Positions 48,209 through 56,999 of a stretch of DNA of 64,000 bases are shown here, piece by piece. A program made the position numbers and the translations under genes. The stretch comes from Rectinemataceae bacterium (GTDB lineage Bacteria > Spirochaetota > Spirochaetia > Treponematales > Rectinemataceae): the NCBI GenBank assembly GCA_035530095.1, contig DATKVK010000062.1, positions 671 to 64,670 on the forward strand. Direction: 5' to 3'. Below the pieces are notes generated by a model that worked only from the letters and a program-made list of their open reading frames with translations, made no database searches and was not told the origin of the DNA. The number at the start of each line of letters is the position of its first letter. Position 1 is the stretch's first letter.

Positions 48209-48565
48209 GTGTCGAGATTCCATGACGGAGAGAGGCGCCACGACTGGTGGCGCAACCTGAGCGGCCCAAAGAAGGCGCTCGTCGCGATCGGCGGGGCTAT
48301 CGTCGCCGTCGGCTTGGCGGCCCTGTTCGGCTTCGTGTTCATGTGGCTCTGGAACGCCCTCATGCCGCGGATCTTCAAGCTGCCGACGGTCGGGTACTGG
48401 GAGGGCTGGGGGCTCGTGATCCTCTCGTCCATCCTGTTCAAAGGCAGGTCGCACAACCATCCCTTCTCGGCGGAGCATCGGAGGAAGCGCTTCCTCCGCG
48501 AGCGCATGCGCGGCGAGTCCGCCGAGTCCGGCAACGACGGAAGCGCGGAGACGATGAAGTCGTGA
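48209..48565 (+). CDS. Small two-TM membrane protein co-encoded with the ECF sigma factor (possible non-canonical anti-sigma or partner)
   Basis: GGAGG SD then GTG at 48209. Two predicted TM helices (ALVAIGGAIVAVGLAALFGFVFMWLW; WEGWGLVILSSILF) and a basic C-terminal tail. No HxxxCxxC anti-sigma domain. Confidence 0.55.
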   Translation: MSRFHDGERRHDWWRNLSGPKKALVAIGGAIVAVGLAALFGFVFMWLWNALMPRIFKLPTVGYWEGWGLVILSSILFKGRSHNHPFSAEHRRKRFLRERMRGESAESGNDGSAETMKS

Positions 48566-49107
48566 AGGGGCATCGTGTCTATCCGGCATCCCGGGGGCGG
48601 TCGCTGCTCGCCTTCCGGGGCCTCCTGCACAATCCCGAGCGCATCCTGGCCGGGCTCGTCCGCCCGGGAGACCGCGCGGCCGACATCGGCTGCGGGCCGG
48701 GCCACTTCCTGCCGGCCCTCGGCCGCGCGGCCGGGCCGAACGGCGAAGTGTTCGCCGTGGACCTTCAGGAGGGGATGCTCGAGCAGGCGCGCTCGCGCGT
48801 CGCCGGCCTGGCCCAGGTCGCGCGCTACAGATTCGTCAAGGCCGCGCCCGGCTCGCTCGGCCTCGCCGCCCGGCTCGATTTTTCGCTCGTGTTCGCGGTG
48901 GCGCACGAGACGCCCGACCCCGCCGCCCTGTTCGCCGAACTCGCCCGGTGGACGGAGGCGGGCGGTACCTGCCTCTTCGCCGAGCCCCTCTTCGTGCCCG
49001 AGCGCGAGTTCGGCGAGAGCCTGGCCGCCGCCCTGCGCGCCGGCTTCGCCGAGCGCTCGAGGCCGCGCATCGCCTTGAGCCGCGCCATCCTCCTCGAGCG
49101 CGTCTGA
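48562..49107 (+). CDS. Class I SAM-dependent methyltransferase
   Basis: GTGA start/stop overlap with the upstream gene. SAM motif I DIGCGPGHF and post-I acidic residue (VFAVDL). Confidence 0.7.
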   Translation: MKGHRVYPASRGRSLLAFRGLLHNPERILAGLVRPGDRAADIGCGPGHFLPALGRAAGPNGEVFAVDLQEGMLEQARSRVAGLAQVARYRFVKAAPGSLGLAARLDFSLVFAVAHETPDPAALFAELARWTEAGGTCLFAEPLFVPEREFGESLAAALRAGFAERSRPRIALSRAILLERV

Positions 49108-49208
49108 GCTTCCCGGCCGAGGCGGGACCCGGCTCGCCGCCGCGCGGCGGGGCCTGGCTCGGCTTGCCACGGCCGTGCGCGAAGGATAGTCTGGCGGCGG
49201 AGGATACC

Positions 49209-49979
49209 ATGGGCGAAACATTCAAGGCGGATATGCTCGAGGGTCGCGTCGCGCTCGTGACCGCCTGCGCGAAGGGAATCGGAAGAGCCTGCGCCCTCGC
49301 GCTCGCGGAGGCCGGGGCCGACCTCATTCTCGGCCTTCGCGACGTGGAAAAGGACGGAGGCTTGGCGGCCGAGATCGAGAAGCTGGGCCGAAAGGCGCTG
49401 CCCGTCCAGATGGATATCGCCGATCTCGCGCAGATACGCGAGGCCGTAGCGCGAGGCCATGCCCATTTCGGGCGGATCGACATTCTGGTCAACAACGCCG
49501 GAGTCGGCGCCCCGAACCCGGCGGAAGAGGTCACGGAACGCGATTTCGACGATACGATCGCGGTCAATCTCAAGGGGACCTTCTTTACCGCGCAGACGGT
49601 GGGTCGGATCATGATCGCGCAAAACTACGGTCGCATCGTCAATATAAGTTCCCAGGCGGGCTTCGTCGCCCTGCCGACCGAGTCCATTTACTGCATGTCC
49701 AAGGCGGGCGTAGCGCATCTCACGAAGTGCCTCGCGCTCGAATGGGCGCGGCACAACATCACCGTGAACGCGGTCGCTCCCACCTTCATCGAGACGCCCG
49801 GCACCGTGAAGTGGCTCGGCGATCCCGCCTTCCGCGAGTCGGTGGTGGACCGCATCCCCCTGGGCCGCGTAGGCACGCCGAGCGAGGTCGCCGCGCCCGT
49901 GCTTTTCCTCGTCTCCTCCGGCGCCTCGCTCGTCACGGGCGAGACCCTGATGGTCGACGGAGGTTGGACGATTCAGTGA
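49209..49979 (+). CDS. SDR-family oxidoreductase
   Basis: Cofactor motif VTACAKGIGRA (TGxxxGIG-like), NNAG, and catalytic YCMSK (YxxxK). Confidence 0.9.
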   Translation: MGETFKADMLEGRVALVTACAKGIGRACALALAEAGADLILGLRDVEKDGGLAAEIEKLGRKALPVQMDIADLAQIREAVARGHAHFGRIDILVNNAGVGAPNPAEEVTERDFDDTIAVNLKGTFFTAQTVGRIMIAQNYGRIVNISSQAGFVALPTESIYCMSKAGVAHLTKCLALEWARHNITVNAVAPTFIETPGTVKWLGDPAFRESVVDRIPLGRVGTPSEVAAPVLFLVSSGASLVTGETLMVDGGWTIQ

Positions 49980-50003
49980 CGGACCCTCCCCGGCCGCGAG
50001 ACT

Positions 50004-51737
50004 TCAATCCCGACGCGGCATCCTCCGTTCCCCGTCCGGAAGGTCGAGGGCGAGGGTGCCGCCGGGGTTCATGACGTTGTTGGGGTCGAAGTGCCGCTTG
50101 AGCGCGCGGAATAGGCGCAGGGCTTCCGGCCCCACGTCGCCCTCCAGCCAGGGCGCGGTCATCTTGCCGATGCCGTGGTGATGGCTCATGGTCGCCCCCA
50201 GCCGCTGGATCGCGTCGAGGATGCCGCCCTGGTAGGCGAGGTACTCCTCCCTCTTTTCCATCTTGGCGATGAAGATGAAATAGAGGTTGCAGCCCTGCGG
50301 GTAGAAATGGGACATGTGCGTCATGCAGATCGTGTCGGGCCGCGAATGGCAGAATTCGCGCACGCCCGCGTGGACCTTCTCGAGGTTCGTCCAGGTGACC
50401 GCGCACTCGAGGGTGTCGATCACGATGCCGTAGTCCTGGAGATCCTCCCGCAGATAGGGGTCGCGGAAGCGGCCGCGCTCCCAGGACTTCTGCACCCAGC
50501 CCGTGGCGTACAGGGCGCCGTGGCGTCCGCAGATCCGCTTCGCCATGCGCTTGAGATGCCGGGCGAAGCCCGCCTCCCCGTCGGCGGTGCCCAGGAGCAG
50601 GCAGCGCTCGCCCGGACGGTAGCCTCGCGCGGCCATGAGCGCGTCGAGGATCGTGCCGTCGACGCCGTAGAGCTTGAGGGCGACATCGGTCTCCTCGGGG
50701 TCGGAGAGGCGAAAGACCGAGGGGTAGCCGAACTCGCCCTGCACGATCTCCCGCGCGGCCTCCTTGGCCTCCTCCCAGCCGCGGAACACGAAGGAGAAGC
50801 GCCGGGTGTTCCGCGGCATGTATCGCCTGACTTTCAGGGTGACGGAGCAGAGGATGCCGAAGCTGCCCTCGGAGCCCATCATGATCTGGTCGATGTCGGG
50901 GCCGGCGGCCGCGGCGGGGACGTCGCGGGTGCGCAGATCGAAGCGCGGGCAGACATAGTCCTGGGCGGTCACCATATCCTCGATCTTGCCGTAGTAGGTC
51001 GAGTTCTGGCCCGCGCCGCGCGTGACCACCCAGCCGCCCACGACGGAATATTCGAAGCTCTGGGGGAGGTGGCCGCAGGTGTACTCCCGCGCCGCGCCGA
51101 GCGTCGCCGGGGCCCGGCGGAGGATCCGCTCCAGTTCGGGGCCCGACATGCCCGCCTCGACGGTGATCGTCCGGCTTTCCTCGTCGAAGGAGAGGACGCG
51201 GTTCAAGTGCGCGCGCATGTCGAGGCTCACGCCGCCCTTCACCGCCTCGACGCCGCGGGTGACCGAGGAGCCGCCGCCGTAGACGTAGACCGGGATCGAG
51301 TGCCCGTCGCAGTAGTCGACGATGCGGCGCAGATCGTCGCGGGAGCGCGGCTGCAGCGCGATGTCGGGAATGTTCTCGACGATGCCCTCGCGGAGCCGCA
51401 TGAGGTCCAGCATGGTCTTGCCGTAGGCCAGGCGCAGCCGGTGGTACACGTCGGTGAAGGCGTCGCCGGGGCCCACCAGGGCGCTCAACGCGTCGAGGTG
51501 CCGGCGCTCCAGCCGCGGCGGGAGGTCTTCGGGAACGGTCTCCAGGCCCAGGCTCCGGGGCCGCCGGAACCACGAGTCGTCGAGGCCGAAGGTCTCCTTC
51601 AGGAGCCTGAAGAGCTTGCGGTCGGGATGCTTGTACTCGGCGGGATCGCCCCACTTCAGGATGGATCGGAAACTGCGGTCCGGGAGCTCGCCTTCGAACC
51701 AGGCAGGTCGGAACTCGTCCTTCGCCATATCGATCAC
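50004..51737 (-). CDS. FAD-linked oxidase resembling alkyl-DHAP synthase / GlcD family
   Basis: FAD_binding_4 PCMH domain (VYVYGGGSSVTRG) and a C-terminal FAD-oxidase domain ending SHHHGIGK. The N-terminal extension resembles bacterial AGPS-like proteins. Confidence 0.8.
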   Translation of the reverse strand: MIDMAKDEFRPAWFEGELPDRSFRSILKWGDPAEYKHPDRKLFRLLKETFGLDDSWFRRPRSLGLETVPEDLPPRLERRHLDALSALVGPGDAFTDVYHRLRLAYGKTMLDLMRLREGIVENIPDIALQPRSRDDLRRIVDYCDGHSIPVYVYGGGSSVTRGVEAVKGGVSLDMRAHLNRVLSFDEESRTITVEAGMSGPELERILRRAPATLGAAREYTCGHLPQSFEYSVVGGWVVTRGAGQNSTYYGKIEDMVTAQDYVCPRFDLRTRDVPAAAAGPDIDQIMMGSEGSFGILCSVTLKVRRYMPRNTRRFSFVFRGWEEAKEAAREIVQGEFGYPSVFRLSDPEETDVALKLYGVDGTILDALMAARGYRPGERCLLLGTADGEAGFARHLKRMAKRICGRHGALYATGWVQKSWERGRFRDPYLREDLQDYGIVIDTLECAVTWTNLEKVHAGVREFCHSRPDTICMTHMSHFYPQGCNLYFIFIAKMEKREEYLAYQGGILDAIQRLGATMSHHHGIGKMTAPWLEGDVGPEALRLFRALKRHFDPNNVMNPGGTLALDLPDGERRMPRRD

Positions 51738-51813
51738 TCCTTCTCGTCCGGCGCCTTCGCGCTCTCCCGGGCGGGCGCCGGGCGGCCCGCGATTTCGCGT
51801 AGCTCGTCCATGC

Positions 51814-52200
51814 CTAGTCCAGGTCGTCGGTCGCGACGATGTCCACGCCGAGGCCGAGGATGTCGGCGGCGACGATCTCGCCCCGCCGGACGCGGCGAGC
51901 GACCGTCAGCCGGTCGAGCGAGCGGACGGCCTCCAGGAGGCGCGCCTTGGGCAGGAGGCCCGAGCTCTTGACGCTCAGCCGCGGCCGGTCGGGGTAGATG
52001 GTCTTCACCGTCGTCGTGAGGCTGCGGCGCGGATCGACGAGCTCGCTCCGGCCGTAGCCCTCGCCGCGCGGGCAGGCGTTGCCGCTCACCAGGGGGGCTC
52101 CGGAGGGGGAAGGCGAGACGAGGAGTCCGCAGCCCCGCGGACAGAGAATGCATACGATCGCCGCCGCACCCGCGGCGCCGCCGTCGGCCGTGTCGCACAT
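51814..52200 (-). CDS. DUF1667-domain protein (small Cys-containing subunit of the GlpA-like oxidoreductase trio)
   Basis: CILCPRGC...GNACPRG cysteine motifs and a size of ~128 aa. Canonical position after two FAD oxidoreductase genes. Confidence 0.72.
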   Translation of the reverse strand: MCDTADGGAAGAAAIVCILCPRGCGLLVSPSPSGAPLVSGNACPRGEGYGRSELVDPRRSLTTTVKTIYPDRPRLSVKSSGLLPKARLLEAVRSLDRLTVARRVRRGEIVAADILGLGVDIVATDDLD

Positions 52201-52204
52201 CGCA

Positions 52205-53536
52205 TCACTCCTCGCGTTCCAGTTCGAGGACGAGCGCCTCGGCGTCGCGGGGGATCGCCTCGAGCTCGAGCTCGACGCGCTCCATCTCGGGGGGCCGCAG
52301 GCCCCGGTAGGCGCGCGACAGGAACTCGCGCCCGGCCCCGTCGCCTGCCGCCCTGCCGACGAGGCGCACCGGGCGCTTCCAGGTCGAGTTCGCGCGGAAG
52401 TAGACGACGGCCTCGCCCGCGGCCCCCAGGTCGAGGTACTGCGGCACCGCGTAGAGCAGGCCCGATCCCGCCTTCAGCGGCACGAGCGTCCTGGGCGCGC
52501 CGCCGTCCATGGCCCGGCGCGCCGCGGCCGATCCGGCCAGGGCCCCCGATTCGGAGACGTAGTCCGCGAGGTCGTTGACGTGGAGGGCGTTGCCGCAGCA
52601 GAAGAGCCCGCGCTCCAGGCACTCTCCGCTCTGGTCGACGCGCGGGCCGCGGGTGGTCGGGTCGAGGTCGAGGCCGAGGGCCAGCGCGATCTCGTTCTCG
52701 GGGATGAGCCCGACGGAGAGGATGAGGGTGTCGCAGGCGACGCTCCGCTCGCTGCCGCGGACGGGGGCCCCGCGCTGGTCCACCGCGGCCACCGTCAGCC
52801 TCTCCAGGCGGCCCGCGCCGTGCACCTCGGTGACCGTCGTCGACAGGTGCAGCGGTATGCCGAAGTCGTCCAGGCATTGCCGCAGGTTGCGCGACAGACC
52901 CGAGGGCTCGCCCTTGATCTCGTAGACTCCCTCCACCTCGACGCCTTCGAGCGTGAGCCGGCGGGCCATGATGAGCCCGATGTCGCCCGAGCCGAGAACG
53001 ACCGCCTTCCGGCCGGGCAGGAGGCCCTGGATGTTGACCAGGTACTGCGCGAGGCCGGCCGTGAGGAGGCCGGCCGGCCGGTCCCCGTGGATGAAGACCT
53101 GGCGGTCGGTGCGCTCGCGGCATCCGGTCGCGAGCACGAGGGAGGAGCAGTCCAGCTCGAAGGCTCCCGAGCGGCTGACGCAGCGGAGCGAGAACTCGCG
53201 CTCGGCCGCGGTCCACGGCTCCCGCCCCAGGCCGGGCCGCGCGCGGCTTCCTGCGCCCCTCGCGACGTCCACGACGAAGGCCCCCAGCCTGAGGTCGACG
53301 CCCCGGCTCTTCGCTTCGCCAGCCTCGCGCGCCGCGTACTCCGGGCCGGTCAGGGCTTCGCCGAACCTCGCGAGGCCGAAGCCGTCGTGGATGCACTGCT
53401 TGAGGATGCCGCCGAGCCGCTCCTCTCGCTCGACGAGGCAGACCTTCGCCCCCGCGTCCGCGGCGGCGGCGGCCGCGGCCAGGCCCGCGGGGCCTCCGCC
53501 CAGGACCGCCACGTCGAAGCTATCGCGCCGCGGCAT
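52205..53536 (-). CDS. FAD/NAD(P)-binding pyridine nucleotide-disulfide-type oxidoreductase
   Basis: Two dinucleotide-binding motifs (VAVLGGGPAGLAAA; VVLGSGDIGLIMA). Confidence 0.85.
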   Translation of the reverse strand: MPRRDSFDVAVLGGGPAGLAAAAAAADAGAKVCLVEREERLGGILKQCIHDGFGLARFGEALTGPEYAAREAGEAKSRGVDLRLGAFVVDVARGAGSRARPGLGREPWTAAEREFSLRCVSRSGAFELDCSSLVLATGCRERTDRQVFIHGDRPAGLLTAGLAQYLVNIQGLLPGRKAVVLGSGDIGLIMARRLTLEGVEVEGVYEIKGEPSGLSRNLRQCLDDFGIPLHLSTTVTEVHGAGRLERLTVAAVDQRGAPVRGSERSVACDTLILSVGLIPENEIALALGLDLDPTTRGPRVDQSGECLERGLFCCGNALHVNDLADYVSESGALAGSAAARRAMDGGAPRTLVPLKAGSGLLYAVPQYLDLGAAGEAVVYFRANSTWKRPVRLVGRAAGDGAGREFLSRAYRGLRPPEMERVELELEAIPRDAEALVLELEREE

Positions 53537-55349
53537 CGCCGCCCTCCCCGCGGGGAGCCTTGCTGCGCCCCAGGACCAGGGGCGAGCCCGGCCCGCGCTT
53601 GGTCACCTCGTCCAGCGGGATCCCCGCCTCGTCCGCGACGATCTCCATGACGCGCGGCGTGCAGAAGCCGCCGTGGCAGCGTCCCGCGCCGGCCCGGGTC
53701 CTCCGCTTCACCGCGTCGAGCGAGAAGGCGGGGACCGCCGAGCGCAAGGCGTCGCGCACCTCCCCCTCGGAGACTTCCTCGCAGCGGCACACGATGCGGC
53801 CGTAGTCGGGACGCGACTCCACGAGGGCCGCCCGCCGCTCCCAGGCCAGGCGCTTGGCGACGACGGGGGCCGCGAGGCCGGGCCGGAAGTCCGTCCGGGG
53901 AACGACGCGCGAGGTCTCTCCGAGCGATTCGATCGCATAACGCGCCACGTCCGCCGCCACCGCCGGGGCCGAGGCCAGGCCGGGCGACTGCATGCCGGCG
54001 GCGTGCACGAGGTTGCGCACGTAGTCGGAGCGCTCCACCACGAAGTCCTCCTCGTAGGTGCAGGGGCGCACGCCGGCGAAGTAGGTGATGACCGCCGAGG
54101 GCGAGAGCTTCCGATTGAGCTTGAGATGGCGCTCCAGCTCGCGGACCTCGGCCGAGGAGGTGGCGTAGTCCTCCCTGCCCGGCCGCTCGGCGGCGGTGGG
54201 GCCGACGAGCACGTTGCCTTCGGTCGTGACGACGAGTCCGCCCCCCTTGGTCTTGGATCGCAGCTGCAGGAGGGACGGCATGGCGAGAATGTGCCGCTGG
54301 AAGGCGCCGACGCGCTCGTCCAGGACGAGGTCGACGCCCCGCCTCTGGTGCAGGCTGAAGAAGCGGTCGTTCGCCAGGCCCGCGACCTGGTCGGCCCAGT
54401 TCCCGGCGGCGTTCACGACGACGCCGACGCGGAAGGCGCCCCGGTTCGTGCGGACGCGCAGGATGCGGGCGTCCTCCGTATCGAAGCCCGCCACGCGGGT
54501 TTCGAGGGCGATCCGCACGCCGTTGGCCGCCGCGCTCTCCGCGAGCGCCACCGTGGCCTTGTAGGGCGAGAGCACGCCGGCGCTGGGCAGGAAGAAGGCG
54601 CCCTGCTGCTCGTCGGTGATGTCGGGCTCCTCCGCGCGGACGCGGCCGCGGCTCCACAGCTCCCAGCCGTCCACGCCGTTCTCGGCCGCCCGCGCCGCCA
54701 TCACGGGATAGAGCGCGGCGGCGGCCCGGGAGTGGAACACGATGAGCGATCCCGGCCGCGCGAAGTCGATGCCCAGCTCCGCGGCCAGCGGGCCCCAGAG
54801 GCGGTTGCCGAGCACATTGTACCTGGCCTTGAGGCTGCCCGGGCGGGCGGCGAAGCCGTCGTGGATCATGCCGTCGTTGCGGCTGGAGGTGTGGACGGCC
54901 ACGTCGTACTCCTTTTCGAGGAGGATGACGGAGATCTTCCACTTCGCAAGCTCGCGCGCTATGGCGCAGCCGACGACCCCGCCGCCCACGACGGCCGCGT
55001 CGAAGCTCGCTCCTTCGAGCTCCCCTCCCTCGGAGGTCCCCGCGGCGGGCGAAGGGGCCGGATTCTCGCGGGGAAGCCCTTCCACCTCGAGATCGTTGAC
55101 CACGCCCTTGTAGCCGAAGCGCGCCGCGTACCAGCCCAGCTCGACCTTCTCCTGGTAGCTGGCGGCCCTGCCTTCGAGAACGACGGAACCGCGCCATTCC
55201 CTGGCCTCCAGCTCGCGCCGCGGGGACTCTCCTTCGCCGCGCGGGGCTCGGGAGGCGGCGCGCGATTCCCTCCTGGACCTTCTTCCGCCCGACGGGCTTT
55301 CCCGGCCGGAGCGCTTGCGCAGCCCGCGCCTGAGACTCTCGAGGCTCAC
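53520..55349 (-). CDS. FAD-dependent oxidoreductase (glycerol-3-phosphate dehydrogenase/L-2-hydroxyglutarate oxidase-like) with C-terminal BFD-like [2Fe-2S] domain and an unusual N-terminal extension
   Basis: DAO motif AAVVGGGVVGCAIAREL. BFD-like CRCEEV...GRCHGGFC. GTG start overlaps the GntR stop (GTGA). About 100-130 residues precede the Rossmann motif. Confidence 0.82.
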   Translation of the reverse strand: MSLESLRRGLRKRSGRESPSGGRRSRRESRAASRAPRGEGESPRRELEAREWRGSVVLEGRAASYQEKVELGWYAARFGYKGVVNDLEVEGLPRENPAPSPAAGTSEGGELEGASFDAAVVGGGVVGCAIARELAKWKISVILLEKEYDVAVHTSSRNDGMIHDGFAARPGSLKARYNVLGNRLWGPLAAELGIDFARPGSLIVFHSRAAAALYPVMAARAAENGVDGWELWSRGRVRAEEPDITDEQQGAFFLPSAGVLSPYKATVALAESAAANGVRIALETRVAGFDTEDARILRVRTNRGAFRVGVVVNAAGNWADQVAGLANDRFFSLHQRRGVDLVLDERVGAFQRHILAMPSLLQLRSKTKGGGLVVTTEGNVLVGPTAAERPGREDYATSSAEVRELERHLKLNRKLSPSAVITYFAGVRPCTYEEDFVVERSDYVRNLVHAAGMQSPGLASAPAVAADVARYAIESLGETSRVVPRTDFRPGLAAPVVAKRLAWERRAALVESRPDYGRIVCRCEEVSEGEVRDALRSAVPAFSLDAVKRRTRAGAGRCHGGFCTPRVMEIVADEAGIPLDEVTKRGPGSPLVLGRSKAPRGEGGDAAAR

Positions 55350-56128
55350 GGCCGCTTCCTTTCCCGCACGAGGATGAGGCGGAGATTCCTTTCGCCGAAC
55401 TGGAGGATGTCGCGCATCGTGGCGACCGATCCCTCCTCATCCCCGGCGGCGATGGCGGCCACGAGTTCCCGGTGGTAGGCGAAGACCTGGGGTATGACCT
55501 CGGGATCGGCGTAGAATCGCCCGAGGATAGTCCGGTAGACGCGCCCGAACGAATTGAGCAGGAGGGGATACACGTCGTTTCCGGAGGCGAGGGCCACCGC
55601 GAGGTGGAAGTCGTAGTCCAGCTCCGTCATCTCGGCGCCGGAGGGGAAACCTTCCCGCCCCTCGGCCGGGCCGGCGAGCCGTTCGCGGGCCAGCACGCGT
55701 TCCAGCTCGTCGAGGTCTTCGCGGCCGCGCCGCGAGGCCGCGAGCCTGGCCGTCTCCGTCTCGAACAGGAGGCGCATCTCGAGGAGGCCGTCGAAGAGGT
55801 TCTCCGAGAGATCGCCGCCGGAATAGCTGAGCATGGAGAGCAGGAGCTCGGCCGAGCCCGAACGCCGCCAGTCGGCGACGAAGACTCCGCGCCGCGCTTC
55901 CACGCGGACCAGGCCCCGGGCTTCGAGCTCGACGAGGGCCGCGTGGACCACCGGCCGCGACACCCCGAGGTCGGCCGCGAGCTCGCGCTCGGGCGGCAGG
56001 CGCTCGCCCGTCGTGAAGCGTCCGGAAAGTATGAGTCCCTCGAAGCGTTCGATCGCGGCCGCCTTCCTTCCCTTCGCGGGAGGAGGGCTCGCTTCCACGC
56101 GCTGTTCCGTCGATACTTCGGTCGCCAT
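55346..56128 (-). CDS. GntR-family transcriptional regulator (FadR/FCD subfamily)
   Basis: wHTH (LPPERELAADLGVSRPVVHAALVELE) and a C-terminal FCD-like helical domain. ATG at 56128 with a GGAGA SD. The longest ORF reaches a TTG at 56170. Confidence 0.88.
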   Translation of the reverse strand: MATEVSTEQRVEASPPPAKGRKAAAIERFEGLILSGRFTTGERLPPERELAADLGVSRPVVHAALVELEARGLVRVEARRGVFVADWRRSGSAELLLSMLSYSGGDLSENLFDGLLEMRLLFETETARLAASRRGREDLDELERVLARERLAGPAEGREGFPSGAEMTELDYDFHLAVALASGNDVYPLLLNSFGRVYRTILGRFYADPEVIPQVFAYHRELVAAIAAGDEEGSVATMRDILQFGERNLRLILVRERKRP

Positions 56129-56286
56129 GCTGGTATCTCCAGACTCATTCCGTGGTATTACCAGATTCAAGCATTGATCTAGCTCGTCGATCTGTCAAGA
56201 GACATTTCCGGGCCGGGCTTTCCGGAATCCGGGTGGCCCAATTCCCCATGGGCCTGCTTTCGCGGGCTTCACGGGCTTTGCGGCTC

Positions 56287-56336
56287 TGCGTCTCTGCGTG
56301 AAAAAATCTAAATGAAGACGCTCACGCAGAGACGCA
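56287..56336. repeat. Palindromic element: perfect 15-bp stem TGCGTCTCTGCGTGA / TCACGCAGAGACGCA with a 20-nt AT-rich loop. Likely terminator of the upstream minus-strand operon.
   Basis: Read directly. It lies between the CMD-family gene stop (56379) and the GntR gene start. Confidence 0.7.
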
Positions 56337-56378
56337 AGGGCGCAGAAGGAGAAGGGGAGGGGAATGGAGAGGGAGGGG

Positions 56379-56999
56379 TCAGGGGGCTTGGGGGGTAGGG
56401 CCGGGCGCGGGGTCGATTTTGGTGCGGTAGCGGTCGAGGTTCAGGAGCGAGCATTCCGCGGAGAAGCCCGCGGGAGCCACGCCGAAGGCCTGGATGAGAC
56501 GGGCCCAGAAGTTCACCTGGGCGCAGGTGCTGGCTATGATGACGACGCCGCGCTCGGAGAAATGGCGTTTCACGGCTTCGATCGTCTCGCTCTCGAAGCG
56601 CACGGGGCTGCGGCACATGCAGTCGGCGTAGGCCAGGGCGGCCCGCTCGGCCTCCGAGAAGCTCGGCGCCTCGGGCACGCCGGAGTCGGCCTGGAGGGCG
56701 AGGATCTCCTCGTCGGTCACGCCGCAGTCGCGGTATTCGAGGGAGTTCAGGTCGATGCAGAAGGGGCAGGACACCCGGAACGAGGTGTAGACGCGGATGA
56801 GCTTCAGGAGCCGCCTGGGCACCTCGCTCTCGTCGTGGGCTACCAGGGCTTCGAGGATGCCCGAGCCGAGCAGGGCCTTGGGATACCAGGCGAGGATGCG
56901 GTTCGCGACGAGGCGCTTGCCGAGCCGTCGCTCGACGAGGCCGAGCAGCAGGCGCCACAGGAGGGGCAGGGGCCGGGGCGGATCGATGTAGGAATCCAT
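56379..56999 (-). CDS. Carboxymuconolactone decarboxylase (AhpD-like) family protein
   Basis: CMD-family region with CxxC (VSCPFCIDLN). The start overlaps the upstream stop by 1 nt. Confidence 0.8.
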   Translation of the reverse strand: MDSYIDPPRPLPLLWRLLLGLVERRLGKRLVANRILAWYPKALLGSGILEALVAHDESEVPRRLLKLIRVYTSFRVSCPFCIDLNSLEYRDCGVTDEEILALQADSGVPEAPSFSEAERAALAYADCMCRSPVRFESETIEAVKRHFSERGVVIIASTCAQVNFWARLIQAFGVAPAGFSAECSLLNLDRYRTKIDPAPGPTPQAP

